This document shows positions 30,701-37,912 of a stretch of 64,000 nt of DNA, piece by piece (positions within the stretch are counted from its first letter, which is position 1; each line of letters starts with the position of its first letter). Under the pieces are notes generated by a model that was not told where the DNA came from, made no database searches, and saw nothing but the letters and a program-made list of their open reading frames with translations. Location of the stretch: positions 335,797 to 399,796 of the IMG/VR virus record IMGVR_UViG_3300036770_003657; one strand, written 5' to 3'. Made by a program: the position numbers and the translations under genes.

Positions 30701-31035
30701 ACAGTAATTATTTCTGGATCAGCTACTAGGGTTTCTACAGTATTGTTTGTCATGACAATACTATTGATTCTATCTTCAGGGCCAATGCTTAGAAAAGTAT
30801 AGGGATTGAATTCGGAAACAACTTCACCTAAAGTAACAATATAGGATAAGTTGTTCCACCTAGTAAAACCATCACCTATTTTAAAGTTTTTTTGATCTAG
30901 GTCAACCCCAATCTCGCCCTGTGCAAGAATCGGGTTAATATCTATCCAGTTTTGTCTTGAATCTCTTCTTAATTGAATCCTTTTGGCCATTATTGTCTCC
31001 AACTGTAGTTTGGAGATAGCCTCCAAACCGCCCAT
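18706..31035 (-). CDS. Giant tail fibre / receptor-binding protein (4,109 aa; alternative start at 30990)
   Basis: Mtd_N-like RIQLRRD...W...NPILAQGEIG...KIGDG; G/T/N-rich beta repeats; pectin-lyase-like beta-helix; C-terminal ADLAENY...VALQGRVP fibre tail; TAAATA at 31041-31046. Confidence 0.9.
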   Translation of the reverse strand: MGGLEAISKLQLETIMAKRIQLRRDSRQNWIDINPILAQGEIGVDLDQKNFKIGDGFTRWNNLSYIVTLGEVVSEFNPYTFLSIGPEDRINSIVMTNNTVETLVADPEIITVNVKTILSDNTPSLDPYTGTLIVSGGVGIGGDLNVAGDIVANSINVEEEILANIQGNITGNLFGDVFGDIYSDSGVKVLENGTNGTDATFTGELLGRITQTTGTSQISSLLLNGGFINSTIIGNSGPTLITGTVITASVKFVGKLEGNVVGDLYAADGTTKILDNGTGGPTNVLSYQPPVFYGNVEGSISGNFAGDIYAEDGITKVLENGTGGAPLDSGYVEAEFIGKVSGNITSYGLSRLDQVDINGGNIDATVIGAEEPRAITGTIIEATERFIGEFEGTIIGPSTGDIFAENVSVKVFENGTNGFDAKAYTDIILYKDTGGVVTETVILDRGTTGTDAMYTGNVTGDVTGDLTGDVDATNIETDILDVLDNATIENLTVNLETNLDGQVYAKANIGSTDTTTGTVVVTGGVGISENLHVGGNLDVTGTSNFTGTITSNDINADNIDANTLDTTGNVNIGGDLDVTGQATLGSLLLDDITVNNITVNNNVYIAEDLTVDGTSTLANVDINSGTIDNTRIGETTPSTIRSTLINTDGLNVNNQGEIRLKELTSNGNNYVGLRAPAGTTPEEFVNSYTLTFPRVLGVDGSILSLNRDGNKLEFVSADLFGGGQVAVSATNGDDNFDGINKPVKTIKRALQIASNLVYKQRNEFNDQTCFRDVGLIIDAIGYDLIYGSNWQSVKAGFTYSNATASAVLISQKDITIRALNYLLLKAVDTQSGTEATEVAASIQSITNILANTYAGDLINVVDVSYPVTDLVAGITYEIEVLGSTDWNAVAGTTGESYTVGDTFVAAVPGTGDGIAKIPTILPAITMPTPAGLPVGYVNAKDLLLDNIEYIVDQGTNYVNNTFLGFSYTGPTVTKCERDMSLVIEGAIYDIVLGTNLNTRQNQYSYDRQNQLGTFYNQKIQTAAALKQLYRESEQYVTSGTFFLSYKNKVQEIIDFLEEGYPAIDAVSFTDPSNAEVAVLNAKNQLQTNKAFIREEVIAWLIDTYPSYASTPGSIIDKCRRDVEFIVDAITYDVLYGGNSATYSNAEAYIFGAVLQLGAGEKAQTLAAYTRLQEIIGDIVNAVPITKSSTNLLTQDTSLYPATNSEQTIKCQDLVDIIIDVITDENTSSLNNKVFPDISSANPTTQLNFGLIQENKAAIITGVSQFITVEFNNFTYNEEKCARDIRYLVYSLAYDLMYGGNSQTIDAAKKYFSYGMGLPIFNDRQASAITYRYLKEEIINLVLENDLNAFGVGDPASSAAIDKAQELLGYVVTIIDQGPSQAPNTEYPNATPISPTKSDARAALLADKEIIQTETVAFVADYIPNEKRIVIAVASGDYYEDNPIIIPDNVSVVGAGLRACNIRPLNAGKDMLRVRNGCYFTEITFRDALDVNNIPSFTFDYAVAFDDPADPECSRVGYTRLPNNKPVISISPYVQNCSIISFLGGNGVLVDGSKVRTPNIPVNQIEAENPVEGPAPQQGKSMVGNAFTMLSFGGTGYRVINDAYAQIVSCFQIFCLNGSYCQSGGYLSITNSATNFGQFALRANGYSPNAFDFNKGIVVATGSAGAQQTITAIGFGDLPVQHYVIRFRNPVYRETYSTILNNKEELRDALITWIDSQVTANTAPYYTGFTYDQDTCRRDTLLVLEAVAYDVLTGGNSKSVEAGVAYSTSTVAALINQRTQNIAAFQELKSLTIALVHPDAQSRVGDLFDIIIDIIDSIINVPEIVDYSNIGDVTNSYKQVDDQVPFTPSNNVTIPGTSPAQIEPVINVNTNVITIPAHGFQNTEKIVYRANGNSLIKGLYDEQTYVIKILNANQFELYLDDGFEIKAKFTAPLPTGEHLLLKNIKEFFIDDLTESHVVYQKLQVEPPPIGQSYTFIPGRVIEGTTSGITPNRAYIFSWDPTTRSLVVSVEKVLVGENFIRNNFTLDTVIQYDNGSPAILNIDVTDVQNVDNLYTATFKILATTSGNELINLETLPSKQIWLHRPSIVNSSSHTWEYAGSGTDYNALPQNGGRTRVEYEQVSELPGRVYSSGTNELGDFKVGDFIKAENKTGNVQFTNTVSIAALDALKLAVGNITIEEFSADIDLGDNEVGGPSHNRLSTQLAVRSFLENRLGDFIDKELTTTTQPGGIPQLNALGKLSADQIPPLRNFLVYRSNGYRSRLNLVNTVPPTSILNGDLAIETYSGVSLTLDGVLVAVDGDLILQASSGATGRVVGGNNSTTVVIGSLGEFFDDTFDTVGEITLNGASTGLTPTLVGGIIPDQNTNYILSELDSKQILLLDPTQTYDFTGVTSVTGSNSQAQGTIEYIVEGVANALDNSNDPVTGLAGGSGYTQPPSGFYTDVPLTGGSGTGARADLFLSGGVVTNVVLTAGGSGYTTVDRLSANDANLNGRTGGSAFSVKVSQIQNRVYVDIVGALKFNANSIAPEFTEDANVVTKTTDQLDSTVVATFNAASTGSGGNVNTALSRITIVGHPFDDGDAVQYNAGFGTPLGGIVNNSIYYVKSIDADTIELYTTYSLSTKLTIVNSGAGNQTLTLSILDITKDTVYIPDHGFATGDAVKIIAADPPYGILTNSIFFVGSVTTNTFTIHEGRADAVASTLGLTIGAFNFTNTGTGVASFRKQSIKIIGVVDNASILAENWSSLSASNIDTTNIVSGIMSTTRLAIGTANSNTFLRGDSTWAKAVQKIKKPSVDSAITITGPFFDPGPGGIQEFYNEVTVGVDVVSGGQENANIPGHTNLGVASFNKSQFEVGTGGSQGAVGIKSGVVDAGTLDGQDGLYYLTPSNIIGQVPVDKGGTNIASYTVGDMLYASGSTIIQKLPIGDTNSVLNVQPVSLGSANKRPVWTDSITLNGLTVNGNVNITGAASTLNAYDIQMDDNNIELGSVEPISSRSGNINFTAIGALTTTITASTAGMIPGMTLSRVSGGQLGANPRVTAINGANLFTFTADTPPDQISPNGVAVVFNTGGITDATAAGGGITIKGTTDKLFRWIQSTSSWTSSENMDLATGKTYKINGVDVLSSTTLGSGVVNSSLTGVGTISTGTWQASIISPTYGGTGVNNGTKTITLGGNLTTSGAYASTFTMTAATSVTFPTTGTLATLAGTEALTNKTVNGMTISNSTGTFTLANAKTLTASNTMTFQATDGSTINFTTGGQVIYKAAPTIDDPTFNITYNGSGALTSVTLQSAYTTDFKTRFTSVGTTNRFSWLTNLNWNGSAFVKDNNLKSHWAIDKVITVTDTTSYIAFTYGGPTNLASADKFKVFGTGRIEMAGNISSTNTSTGTLIVTGGVAVTENLNVGGNFNVTGNTVIGGNLTVSGTTTTINTETIELADNIIVLNSNETAEPTQNAGIEIERGTDTNVSLLWDESVDKWTFGAGSTVIAGTFQGSVSGGLSGNADTATKLATARTIALTGDVSGSVTFDGSNNVSMTTTIGIDSVALGTDTTGNYIAAVSSGTPGSQTGTSGLTISGSGEGVTVNISHADTSSVGNLSSDNSGNTFIQDISFDFDGFGHVTSASVATATVSIGNGTLTVQGNNGLTGSGTFTANQSTAGTITLSHADTSSVGNLSSDNSDNTFIQDISFEFDGYGHVTAASVATATVSIGNGTLTVQGNNGLTGTGTFTANQSTAGTITLGHANSAITAGTVSDGGATRTLAFGGTFKIPSVTYDAYGHITGTNTITLTMPANPDTNTTYSAGTGLSLSGTTFNHSNSVTAGTISDGGATRTLAFGGTFKIPSVTYDANGHITGTSSITLTMPANPDTNTTYSAGTDLSLSGTTFNVSSATANTASTLVKRDASGNFSAGTITATFSGNLTGNVTGNVSGSSGSCTGNAASASTSSQVTINYNNDSNSTYQMLWGSGNSVYGTGGIYCNPATDTLYASVFNGVATQAKYADLAENYLADAKYEEGTVLMIGGVNEVTIGTDLTRKVVGVVSKNPAHLMNSELEGEHVVAVALQGRVPVKVRGKISKGDMLVSAGDGYAKAHDDPRMGMVIGKALEDFDGDEGVIEVVVGRL
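19420..20313 (-). repeat. Two in-frame tandem duplications in the fibre gene (2x231 nt and 2x216 nt)
   Basis: cactgctagt at 20061 and 20292 (231 apart); atctggattagctggcatagtcaatgt at 19471 and 19687 (216 apart). Confidence 0.9.
25580..28780 (-). repeat. Five phycobiliprotein-like helical repeats within the fibre
   Basis: Cys codons of the C-x-R-D motifs at 28729, 28111, 27682, 27196 and 25831; each followed by I/L..A/S..YD...G[GST]N. Confidence 0.75.
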
Positions 31036-31074
31036 AATAGTATTTATTAGGAACGATTTGGATAGTAAACTAGT

Positions 31075-31365
31075 TTAATTCAATGCGATTCCTGAGGTTT
31101 TACTTAGATATTGCTTGGCAATCTCTGTGTCTGTTATAGCATGTGTGATAATTCCACTTTTATTAATTGCATATTCATCATCTGGATTTACTGTAAACAT
31201 AAAAGGAACCATGCCCATTCCTTGTTGATTCATCATTAATACACTGGGTTTAGTTATGTACATTGTAGTGTCATCCTCACGTACAAACCTACCTAATATT
31301 TCTTCACCGCTGCTTAATTTAAAGCTTACTACGTCATTATCTTTGTATTTTTTTGCTAATAGCAT
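31075..31365 (-). CDS. Conserved phage protein, possibly Sm-like fold
   Basis: VVSFKLSSGEEILGRF...YITKP. Confidence 0.55.
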   Translation of the reverse strand: MLLAKKYKDNDVVSFKLSSGEEILGRFVREDDTTMYITKPSVLMMNQQGMGMVPFMFTVNPDDEYAINKSGIITHAITDTEIAKQYLSKTSGIALN

Positions 31366-31595
31366 TATGCCGCCTTTTGAAAGTATTTTGCTAGTTCATT
31401 ATAACCACCAATATGTTGTTCATCTAAAAATATTTGTGGTACCGTACGAGCTGTTGGTACTGCTTCTAATAACTCTTCCTTAGTCCATCCATCACCAATT
31501 TTACGTTCTTCAAACTCAATGCCTTTTAATTCTAATAGGCTCTTGGCCTGATCACAATAGGGGCAATGATACTTACTCCAGATAATAGCCTTCAT
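31365..31595 (-). CDS. nrdC: Glutaredoxin
   Basis: CPYC active site, TVPQIF, IGGY; downstream of nrdB. Confidence 0.92.
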   Translation of the reverse strand: MKAIIWSKYHCPYCDQAKSLLELKGIEFEERKIGDGWTKEELLEAVPTARTVPQIFLDEQHIGGYNELAKYFQKAA

Positions 31596-31607
31596 CTTAG
31601 TTCCTTT

Positions 31608-32705
31608 CTAGAATTGAGGAAGTTCATCATAGTTAATAGCATCACTCATGACACCAATAACATAGTTAGTTGATTCGTTTTCCTGTAATGCTGTTTGTTT
31701 CTTACTAGTATCGCTATGTTTGTTAAACCACGGAATAGGATTGGTCTTGATGTGTGTAGCATATTTTAATCCTATTTCCTTTAGTGCTGATACTGCTGTA
31801 TAATCAACAAAATCCTTTAGAATGTTAGCATTAAGTCCAATAACAGGTCCACGCTTAAACAAGTAGTCAGCCCAAGCCTTTTCTTCTCGTATAACATCCA
31901 TATATAAGGCATAGACTTCTGCTTCACATTCTACTTTGGCCTGTGCGAACCTTGGATCTTCCTTGACCACTTGATTGATCAACCAGCCTGTCCATCCCTT
32001 GTGTAATAATTCATCCTGTAGGATAAGACTGATAATGTTGCCATTTCCAATAAAGATCTTGTTCTCTACCATGGCTAGGCTAGTAGCAAAACTTACCATA
32101 AATCGTAGTGCCTCAAGAGCATAACTGGCATTAAGTGCTAGCCAAATTGCTTTGATATGATGGTCTACAGCGACTTCTGTACCTGTTTCTTTGAAGCAAT
32201 TTAATTGATGTAACTGCTCATAGTATCGACCTACACTAGCAGCCATATCCACAATCTCTTGTGTGTCATGTATGGTGTTAAACACATCTTTAGGTACATT
32301 ATAAATGTTACGAATGATATGACTGTAGCTACGACTATGTATATTAGTCTCGAAGAATGTCCAGTTGTACACTAATGCTTCTAGTTCAGGTAAACTTACT
32401 ACTGGAGTAAAGATTTGACTGGGCCCACGTCCTTGTAAACTATCCAATGCTGTTTGACGCAATAAGTTACTAGTGAAAATATGTTTTACTGCTTCACTGG
32501 CTTCTTTAAAATCCTGAGCATCTTTAACTAGGCTGATCTCCTCTGGTACCCAAAAGAAACCACGTGCTGTTTTTTCAAAGTCTGCTATTTTATTATATTT
32601 GACTTCTTCAAATCGTTGTATTGTCACTGGACCTGCTGGGTCAAGGAACATTTTACGATGTAGGTAGTCTGTCTTTGTGTGTAAGTTATATTGTTGTTTG
32701 CTCAT
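31608..32705 (-). CDS. nrdB: Ribonucleotide reductase class Ia beta subunit
   Basis: FFWVPEE, D/E/H iron ligands (ETNIHSRSY, EALRF, QDELLH), ENESTNY. Confidence 0.97.
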   Translation of the reverse strand: MSKQQYNLHTKTDYLHRKMFLDPAGPVTIQRFEEVKYNKIADFEKTARGFFWVPEEISLVKDAQDFKEASEAVKHIFTSNLLRQTALDSLQGRGPSQIFTPVVSLPELEALVYNWTFFETNIHSRSYSHIIRNIYNVPKDVFNTIHDTQEIVDMAASVGRYYEQLHQLNCFKETGTEVAVDHHIKAIWLALNASYALEALRFMVSFATSLAMVENKIFIGNGNIISLILQDELLHKGWTGWLINQVVKEDPRFAQAKVECEAEVYALYMDVIREEKAWADYLFKRGPVIGLNANILKDFVDYTAVSALKEIGLKYATHIKTNPIPWFNKHSDTSKKQTALQENESTNYVIGVMSDAINYDELPQF

Positions 32706-35035
32706 AATACGCAGGAATCGCAGTCCTCCTCCATTTCTATCTCTGTGTAATCCATTTTACTTTCTATACTAGCACCATTGGTATACTTAATATCTGCCTT
32801 GGCGCCTTGTTTATCTATTAGGCTGTAATAGAATGTTTTGATTCCCCAAATATGTGCCTGCATAAGGTTTTTCGCTATCAATGTACTAGGTACTTTACGA
32901 TCAGGAAAATGTTTGGGACTATAAAATGTGTTTGTACTAATGCTTTGATCCACATAGGCTGCTAGAACTGCTGCTGTTTTAATATAGCCAACGCAGTCTG
33001 TTTGTTCCCACATTAGTTGATACTTGTTTTTAAGTTTGTGGTATTCTGGAACTACCTGTGTAAAACTACCTGCCTTACTTTCCTTAGTACTAATAAGGCT
33101 CATGGGTAATTCTATACCATTAGTGCTGTTGATTACTACACTGCTAGATTCAACAGGAGCAATAGCCATTAAGGTAGCATTACGCACACCATACTGTATC
33201 ATATTTTGTCTAAGTGGTTCCCAGTCTAGTTCTGGAGTAAAGTCTGCTAGTTCATTAACACCCTTGGCTCTACGCTCCCACGGAAAGACTCCTTTGCCAT
33301 AGTGGGTTAGTCTACTATCCTTGCATGGACCACGTTCTTTGGCTAATTCAACTGTGGCTTCTGTTAGATAAAATGCTTGATGTTCCATCCAACTTTTAAC
33401 TTCTGCTAGAGCATCCTTATCACCATACTTTAGGCCACGTTTGGCATGCCAGTAGGCCAAATTAGTAACACCAATACCTAATGGCTGTATTTCATCATTG
33501 CTTAATTTGCTCTGTATGCTTAAGTAATCTTGGTAATCAAGAATGTTACAAAGGCTACGCTGGAGTATACGGCAAGCACGACGCATATCCTCAGGGTTGC
33601 GGAAGCAGCCCCAGTTAATTGACCCCAAGGTGCATAAAGCGATGCGGCCTTCTTGATCATCAAGTCTTTTGAATGTGCGTGTAGGAAGCAGGATTTCACA
33701 GCATAAGTTACTTTGGTATATGGGATGATGCAGGGGATCAAATGGTCCTTGGTTCAATACGTTATCTATGAACACAAGGTATATGCGTCCTGTATCAGTT
33801 CGTTCCTTAAGTATGCCTCCCTTAAATACTTCCTCGGCACTCATAGTCTTTTTGCGTAGACCTGGTGTCTTCTCGTATTTAACATACAATTCTTCAAATA
33901 GTTCAACATCTCTATAAAATGCTTCATAGAGATCTGGAACTTCATTGGGGTCAAAAAATGTTATGTCTTTTTGTTCTCTGAATCTTCGCCAGAAGAAACT
34001 CGAAAGCACAACCCCATAATCCATATGTCGTACCCTGGTTTCCTCTGTTCCTTGGTTGTTTTTGAGAACAATGAGATCATCAAACTGATGATGCCAAATA
34101 GGATAAAACACAGTGGCACTAGCATTGCGTATTCCACCTTGACTGCAACTCCTTAAATCGCCGAACCACTTTTTGAGGAAAGGTAGCATGCCTGTATGCA
34201 TGATCTCTCCACCCCTAATCGGACTACCTAATGGTCTGAGGCGTCCTATTTCCAAACCTATACCAGCACGTTTGCTGGCATATTTAGCCATCATTTCGCC
34301 GCTAGCAAATATACTGTCAAGATCATCGTCACTGCGGATAAGCACACAGCTAGAAAACTGTTTGGTAGGAGTACCAAGACCAGCAAGCACAGGAGTGGCA
34401 AGAGTAAAGAGCCCATCAGAGGCAGCATTGTAATATTCCCTTATGTAACGCATACGAGCAGTGTTAGGTTCTTCCTTATGAAATATAGTGGCAGCGGCTA
34501 CCATATAACGTACTTGTGGAGTTTCGTAGGTTTCTTTTGTACTACGATTCTTTACAAGATACTTTTCAATAAGTTGTTCAATAGCAGCATAGCTATATTG
34601 GAAGTCTTTGTCGTGATCAATCATATCATTCATACGATTCCAATCAGCTTCAGTATACCACTCTAGTAGTTCTTTAGTATACAGACCAGTAGCTATGTTG
34701 CGTTTAATGATTTCATAAAGATGAGGTATTTCGCTACTACCATATACATCTTTACGTAGCATATGGTATCGTTGACGACCTGCTACATATTGATAGTTAG
34801 TGTTACCAATGTCTGGATTTGACTCCACATCAATAAGATCAACAATAGCACGTAAGGTAATTTCATCTATCTCTCTAGTAGTAATACCATCATAGAAATG
34901 AGGGTTACTACGTATTTCAATCATACTTTGGCTTACATCAGCAATGCCATTACATATTCTTGATACTTGGGCTTGCCATTTTGTGAGATCTAAAGGCTCT
35001 CGGCTACCATTACGTTTTACTACAGTTATATTCAT
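32702..35035 (-). CDS. nrdA: Ribonucleotide reductase class Ia alpha subunit
   Basis: ATP-cone VVKRNG, QFSSCVL, QSNLCCEI, C-terminal CDSC. Confidence 0.97.
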   Translation of the reverse strand: MNITVVKRNGSREPLDLTKWQAQVSRICNGIADVSQSMIEIRSNPHFYDGITTREIDEITLRAIVDLIDVESNPDIGNTNYQYVAGRQRYHMLRKDVYGSSEIPHLYEIIKRNIATGLYTKELLEWYTEADWNRMNDMIDHDKDFQYSYAAIEQLIEKYLVKNRSTKETYETPQVRYMVAAATIFHKEEPNTARMRYIREYYNAASDGLFTLATPVLAGLGTPTKQFSSCVLIRSDDDLDSIFASGEMMAKYASKRAGIGLEIGRLRPLGSPIRGGEIMHTGMLPFLKKWFGDLRSCSQGGIRNASATVFYPIWHHQFDDLIVLKNNQGTEETRVRHMDYGVVLSSFFWRRFREQKDITFFDPNEVPDLYEAFYRDVELFEELYVKYEKTPGLRKKTMSAEEVFKGGILKERTDTGRIYLVFIDNVLNQGPFDPLHHPIYQSNLCCEILLPTRTFKRLDDQEGRIALCTLGSINWGCFRNPEDMRRACRILQRSLCNILDYQDYLSIQSKLSNDEIQPLGIGVTNLAYWHAKRGLKYGDKDALAEVKSWMEHQAFYLTEATVELAKERGPCKDSRLTHYGKGVFPWERRAKGVNELADFTPELDWEPLRQNMIQYGVRNATLMAIAPVESSSVVINSTNGIELPMSLISTKESKAGSFTQVVPEYHKLKNKYQLMWEQTDCVGYIKTAAVLAAYVDQSISTNTFYSPKHFPDRKVPSTLIAKNLMQAHIWGIKTFYYSLIDKQGAKADIKYTNGASIESKMDYTEIEMEEDCDSCVL

Positions 35036-35076
35036 AATTTATTTTAACAACTTTACTAGTATAATACAAGAACAAA

Positions 35077-36816
35077 TTAAGTCAAAACCTTATATGTATA
35101 GGTCAATGTGCCTTCTTCAAAAGGTTGTTGATCAACACTAAGTGATTGATGTTGGTATGTCAATACAATTTCCTTTTGGTTCTGTATTGAATTTATCTGT
35201 TCTACAGCCCTAAAGATTAATTTTTCATCCTCAGGAGTAATATTTCCAGTAGCGTTAGTAGTTAATCCATACCCTATATATTCATAATCATCGTATAAAT
35301 TAATAATAGGAAGCGTCAAAGTGTTAGCTCTAAAATCTACAATTACTGTAAGAGTTCCTTTTCTTATTCTTCTTGATTTTTCATATATTGCAGGACTACC
35401 TGATGTGGTGTCAAAAGTTTTACTTTGATACAAATAATCTATTTCTATACTCATAGATTCTGGACCAATACCAGTGGTATTGCTCAAAGGAATAGGAAAT
35501 CTTACAAAATTAACAGGATTAGTAGAATAGGTAATCTTTTTTGTTTGGGTAATAAAGTTTTGATTTAATCCATAGCCAGTAAATTCACTAACATATGGTC
35601 TAGTACTTAGACTGTTGGCTCCGTATTTTGATAATTCTTTATGTCTTAAACTGCTATAATCTAAATTAATATTTCCTGGTACGTCAAATTCAATTTGTCC
35701 GTAAGCAGCATTTTGTATTCCACCATATATATTTCCCACACTTAGAAGATTATTGCTAGAACACATATTACTATATCCTTGTCTAATCTTCACAGCCTGT
35801 TTTTCAATATTGTCAAAGAAGCATGATTTTATTAAATTATGTCTAGGACCTTCATTTGAATTTGCAGATCCTAAAACAACACCTTGACTTAGCGTGATAA
35901 ATCGACTTTCTGATATTGAATTTTTATTGATTGGTCTTGAAGCATAAAACCCAATTTTAAAATTTTTAAATGTTACATTATTTATAGAGCATAAATTAGT
36001 ATAGGTAAAAGGTGATAGATCATTTACGTTTCCATTTCTAGGTTCATCAACTCGAAAAGCTATACTATCTATAGCATCTGGAACTACTGCACTTGTTACT
36101 AACGGCCCAATCAGTTCTAGATTACTAAATTCACATTTGGTTACACCGTAAAGATCAAATATTACTGATGGAGTATCAAGATACGATTGAGTTATTGGGT
36201 TTGGTCTAACAATTTCAATAGTTAAATTTGAAATACTTAAATTTCTACATTGATTTACTATCTCAATAGCATTGTTATCATCATGTATACTTTCAAATAC
36301 ATTTCCTGAACCTATGTATTTTAATATAGTATTTCCTTTTCCTGCACCTTGAATTCTAGTAAAGCTTGGTAATTGTACTGTACTATCAAATATAAAAATA
36401 CCTGGACCAATATCTATAACATTTTTACTATCATTTGATGTACCTATGTATAATTTTTCCATTAAAGCATTTAATACATCAGTATTTCTTGATGCATAAC
36501 TTAGGTTATCTCCTTCTAATAATCCAAAGTCATTGGCACTTACTCTATCTTCTAGTCTATCAGTAAAACTTCTAAAGATTCCATTATTTTTATAGGTATA
36601 TCTTCCTAGGCTAAAGATATCACTATTCTCTGTTAAAATTTCAACATTTTCTAATTGACTAGCACTTCCAATAATGGAAGATCCTATATATAACTGTTTG
36701 GTATCTATACACCAAGCGAACTCACCGTTGCTTAACTTGATAGGAAGATCACTACTAGGGCTAGCATCTTTAATATCTCTACGTATTTGTATTTTACTTA
36801 TTTGAACTACGGCCAT
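35077..36816 (-). CDS. Virion structural protein with a beta-helix domain
   Basis: MAVVQISKIQIRR...GEFAWCIDTKQLYIG; RLEDRVSANDFG; TAAATA at 36836-36841. Confidence 0.7.
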   Translation of the reverse strand: MAVVQISKIQIRRDIKDASPSSDLPIKLSNGEFAWCIDTKQLYIGSSIIGSASQLENVEILTENSDIFSLGRYTYKNNGIFRSFTDRLEDRVSANDFGLLEGDNLSYASRNTDVLNALMEKLYIGTSNDSKNVIDIGPGIFIFDSTVQLPSFTRIQGAGKGNTILKYIGSGNVFESIHDDNNAIEIVNQCRNLSISNLTIEIVRPNPITQSYLDTPSVIFDLYGVTKCEFSNLELIGPLVTSAVVPDAIDSIAFRVDEPRNGNVNDLSPFTYTNLCSINNVTFKNFKIGFYASRPINKNSISESRFITLSQGVVLGSANSNEGPRHNLIKSCFFDNIEKQAVKIRQGYSNMCSSNNLLSVGNIYGGIQNAAYGQIEFDVPGNINLDYSSLRHKELSKYGANSLSTRPYVSEFTGYGLNQNFITQTKKITYSTNPVNFVRFPIPLSNTTGIGPESMSIEIDYLYQSKTFDTTSGSPAIYEKSRRIRKGTLTVIVDFRANTLTLPIINLYDDYEYIGYGLTTNATGNITPEDEKLIFRAVEQINSIQNQKEIVLTYQHQSLSVDQQPFEEGTLTYTYKVLT

Positions 36817-36841
36817 TGACTTTCCCCTTATCGGGTATTTA

Positions 36842-37558
36842 TCATAGGCTGGTGTAGTATTGCTCTACCCTATCAAACCAACGATGGCTCCAATAATCAA
36901 AGTCCTTAGCCCCTAGTATAAACTGTTGATATACAGGCTCACCCCATTGTCCAGGACTTGTTTCAGGGGGTCTAACACACATCATAATAACACCTTTACG
37001 TATATCAGTACCATATACAGCATTATGAGCCAGTGCGTAGGCAGTGATCTGTAGGTAATAATCCTCAATCCATTCTAGCTTTTTAGGCTTATTGGTCTGC
37101 TTGAAGTCTAATATACTAGGCTCACCATCATGTAATCCTACGCAATCTGTAGTACCTGCATACATTTCAGGATAGTATAAGGGAACTTCATTGCCCCATA
37201 TTTCATTAATGGCACCAAATCCTTCATCAATTACCTTACGTGCCATTAATAGGCTTTGTTGAGCATATGGGTTACTCACACTGTCCTTGATGCCTTCACC
37301 CTTAATGTAGCGTTCTAGGAAGGTGTGCATCCTTGTGCCACGAGCAGCGGCTTCTGTAGTAATGGCCTGTGCCTGTGCATGTCCCACACGATTACGCCAT
37401 TCCTTCAATGCCTGTTTGGCTTCTTCTGGTTTGGTACGATCAAGTATAGTAGTTACACTGGGTACACGATGTCCATCTGGTGTGGCGTATAAGCGTTTGC
37501 CTGATGATTCATCTCTGGTTAAGTTTTTATATTGGAATTTTTCTATTAGTAGTGTCAT
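36842..37558 (-). CDS. PD-(D/E)XK exonuclease (Cas4/MGME1-like)
   Basis: RLYATPDG..VPSVTTIL, RGT.MH, YAGTTDC, ILDFKQT, QITAYA; TTGACA-16-TATAAT at 37565-37592. Confidence 0.88.
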   Translation of the reverse strand: MTLLIEKFQYKNLTRDESSGKRLYATPDGHRVPSVTTILDRTKPEEAKQALKEWRNRVGHAQAQAITTEAAARGTRMHTFLERYIKGEGIKDSVSNPYAQQSLLMARKVIDEGFGAINEIWGNEVPLYYPEMYAGTTDCVGLHDGEPSILDFKQTNKPKKLEWIEDYYLQITAYALAHNAVYGTDIRKGVIMMCVRPPETSPGQWGEPVYQQFILGAKDFDYWSHRWFDRVEQYYTSL

Positions 37559-37588
37559 TAAGGAATTATAGCAGAAATTTTTATAATG

Positions 37589-37912
37589 TCAACGTCTTCG
37601 GTTAAGTGCGCTCTTTGCCATACTTTTTGTAAGATTGCCTTTTCCAGGATCACCACCTGACTGTTGTGGTTCTTCACTGGCTCTTGTCTTAAGACGTACA
37701 CCTTGTGGGTCAAAGCTACAAATTTCAGCAAAGCTTGGATTGGCTTCAAAGCGTGGACCAAATTTGCTAGGGCTGTCTATACGTTGCCCTAGCACATTTT
37801 GTGTTATATCTCCAAAAGCGGCCCAGTTAATAACTTCTGGGTTGTCTGCACTATCAGCAGAGTTACGCTTGGCTACTAGTAAATCAAATAACTTATCTTG
37901 GTTTTCAGTTAC
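37589..37912 (-). CDS. 107-codon C-terminal extension of the upstream gene, probably reached by -1 frameshift
   Basis: Open -1 frame begins at the A9 run, has two TAG stops just upstream and no ATG/GTG/TTG for its first 39 codons. Confidence 0.65.
   Translation of the reverse strand, partial: VTENQDKLFDLLVAKRNSADSADNPEVINWAAFGDITQNVLGQRIDSPSKFGPRFEANPSFAEICSFDPQGVRLKTRASEEPQQSGGDPGKGNLTKSMAKSALNRRR

Noticed and set aside
18845-30802. Numerous plus-strand ORFs inside the giant fibre gene, and similar ones in dnaK, nrdA and elsewhere
   Set aside because: Antisense shadow ORFs caused by codon bias of the real genes; no RBS or recognisable motifs.
31608-35035. Introns or inteins in nrdA/nrdB, and the HNH gene at 50121-50633 as a homing insertion
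   Set aside because: Both RNR ORFs are continuous and of ordinary length; the HNH gene is free-standing with its own promoter and interrupts nothing.
37589-37795. Stand-alone 68-aa gene starting at GTG 37795
   Set aside because: No RBS, and the frame is open 39 codons further upstream to the slippery site; better explained as a frameshift extension. The overlapping ORFs 37558-37761 and 37635-37925 look spurious.
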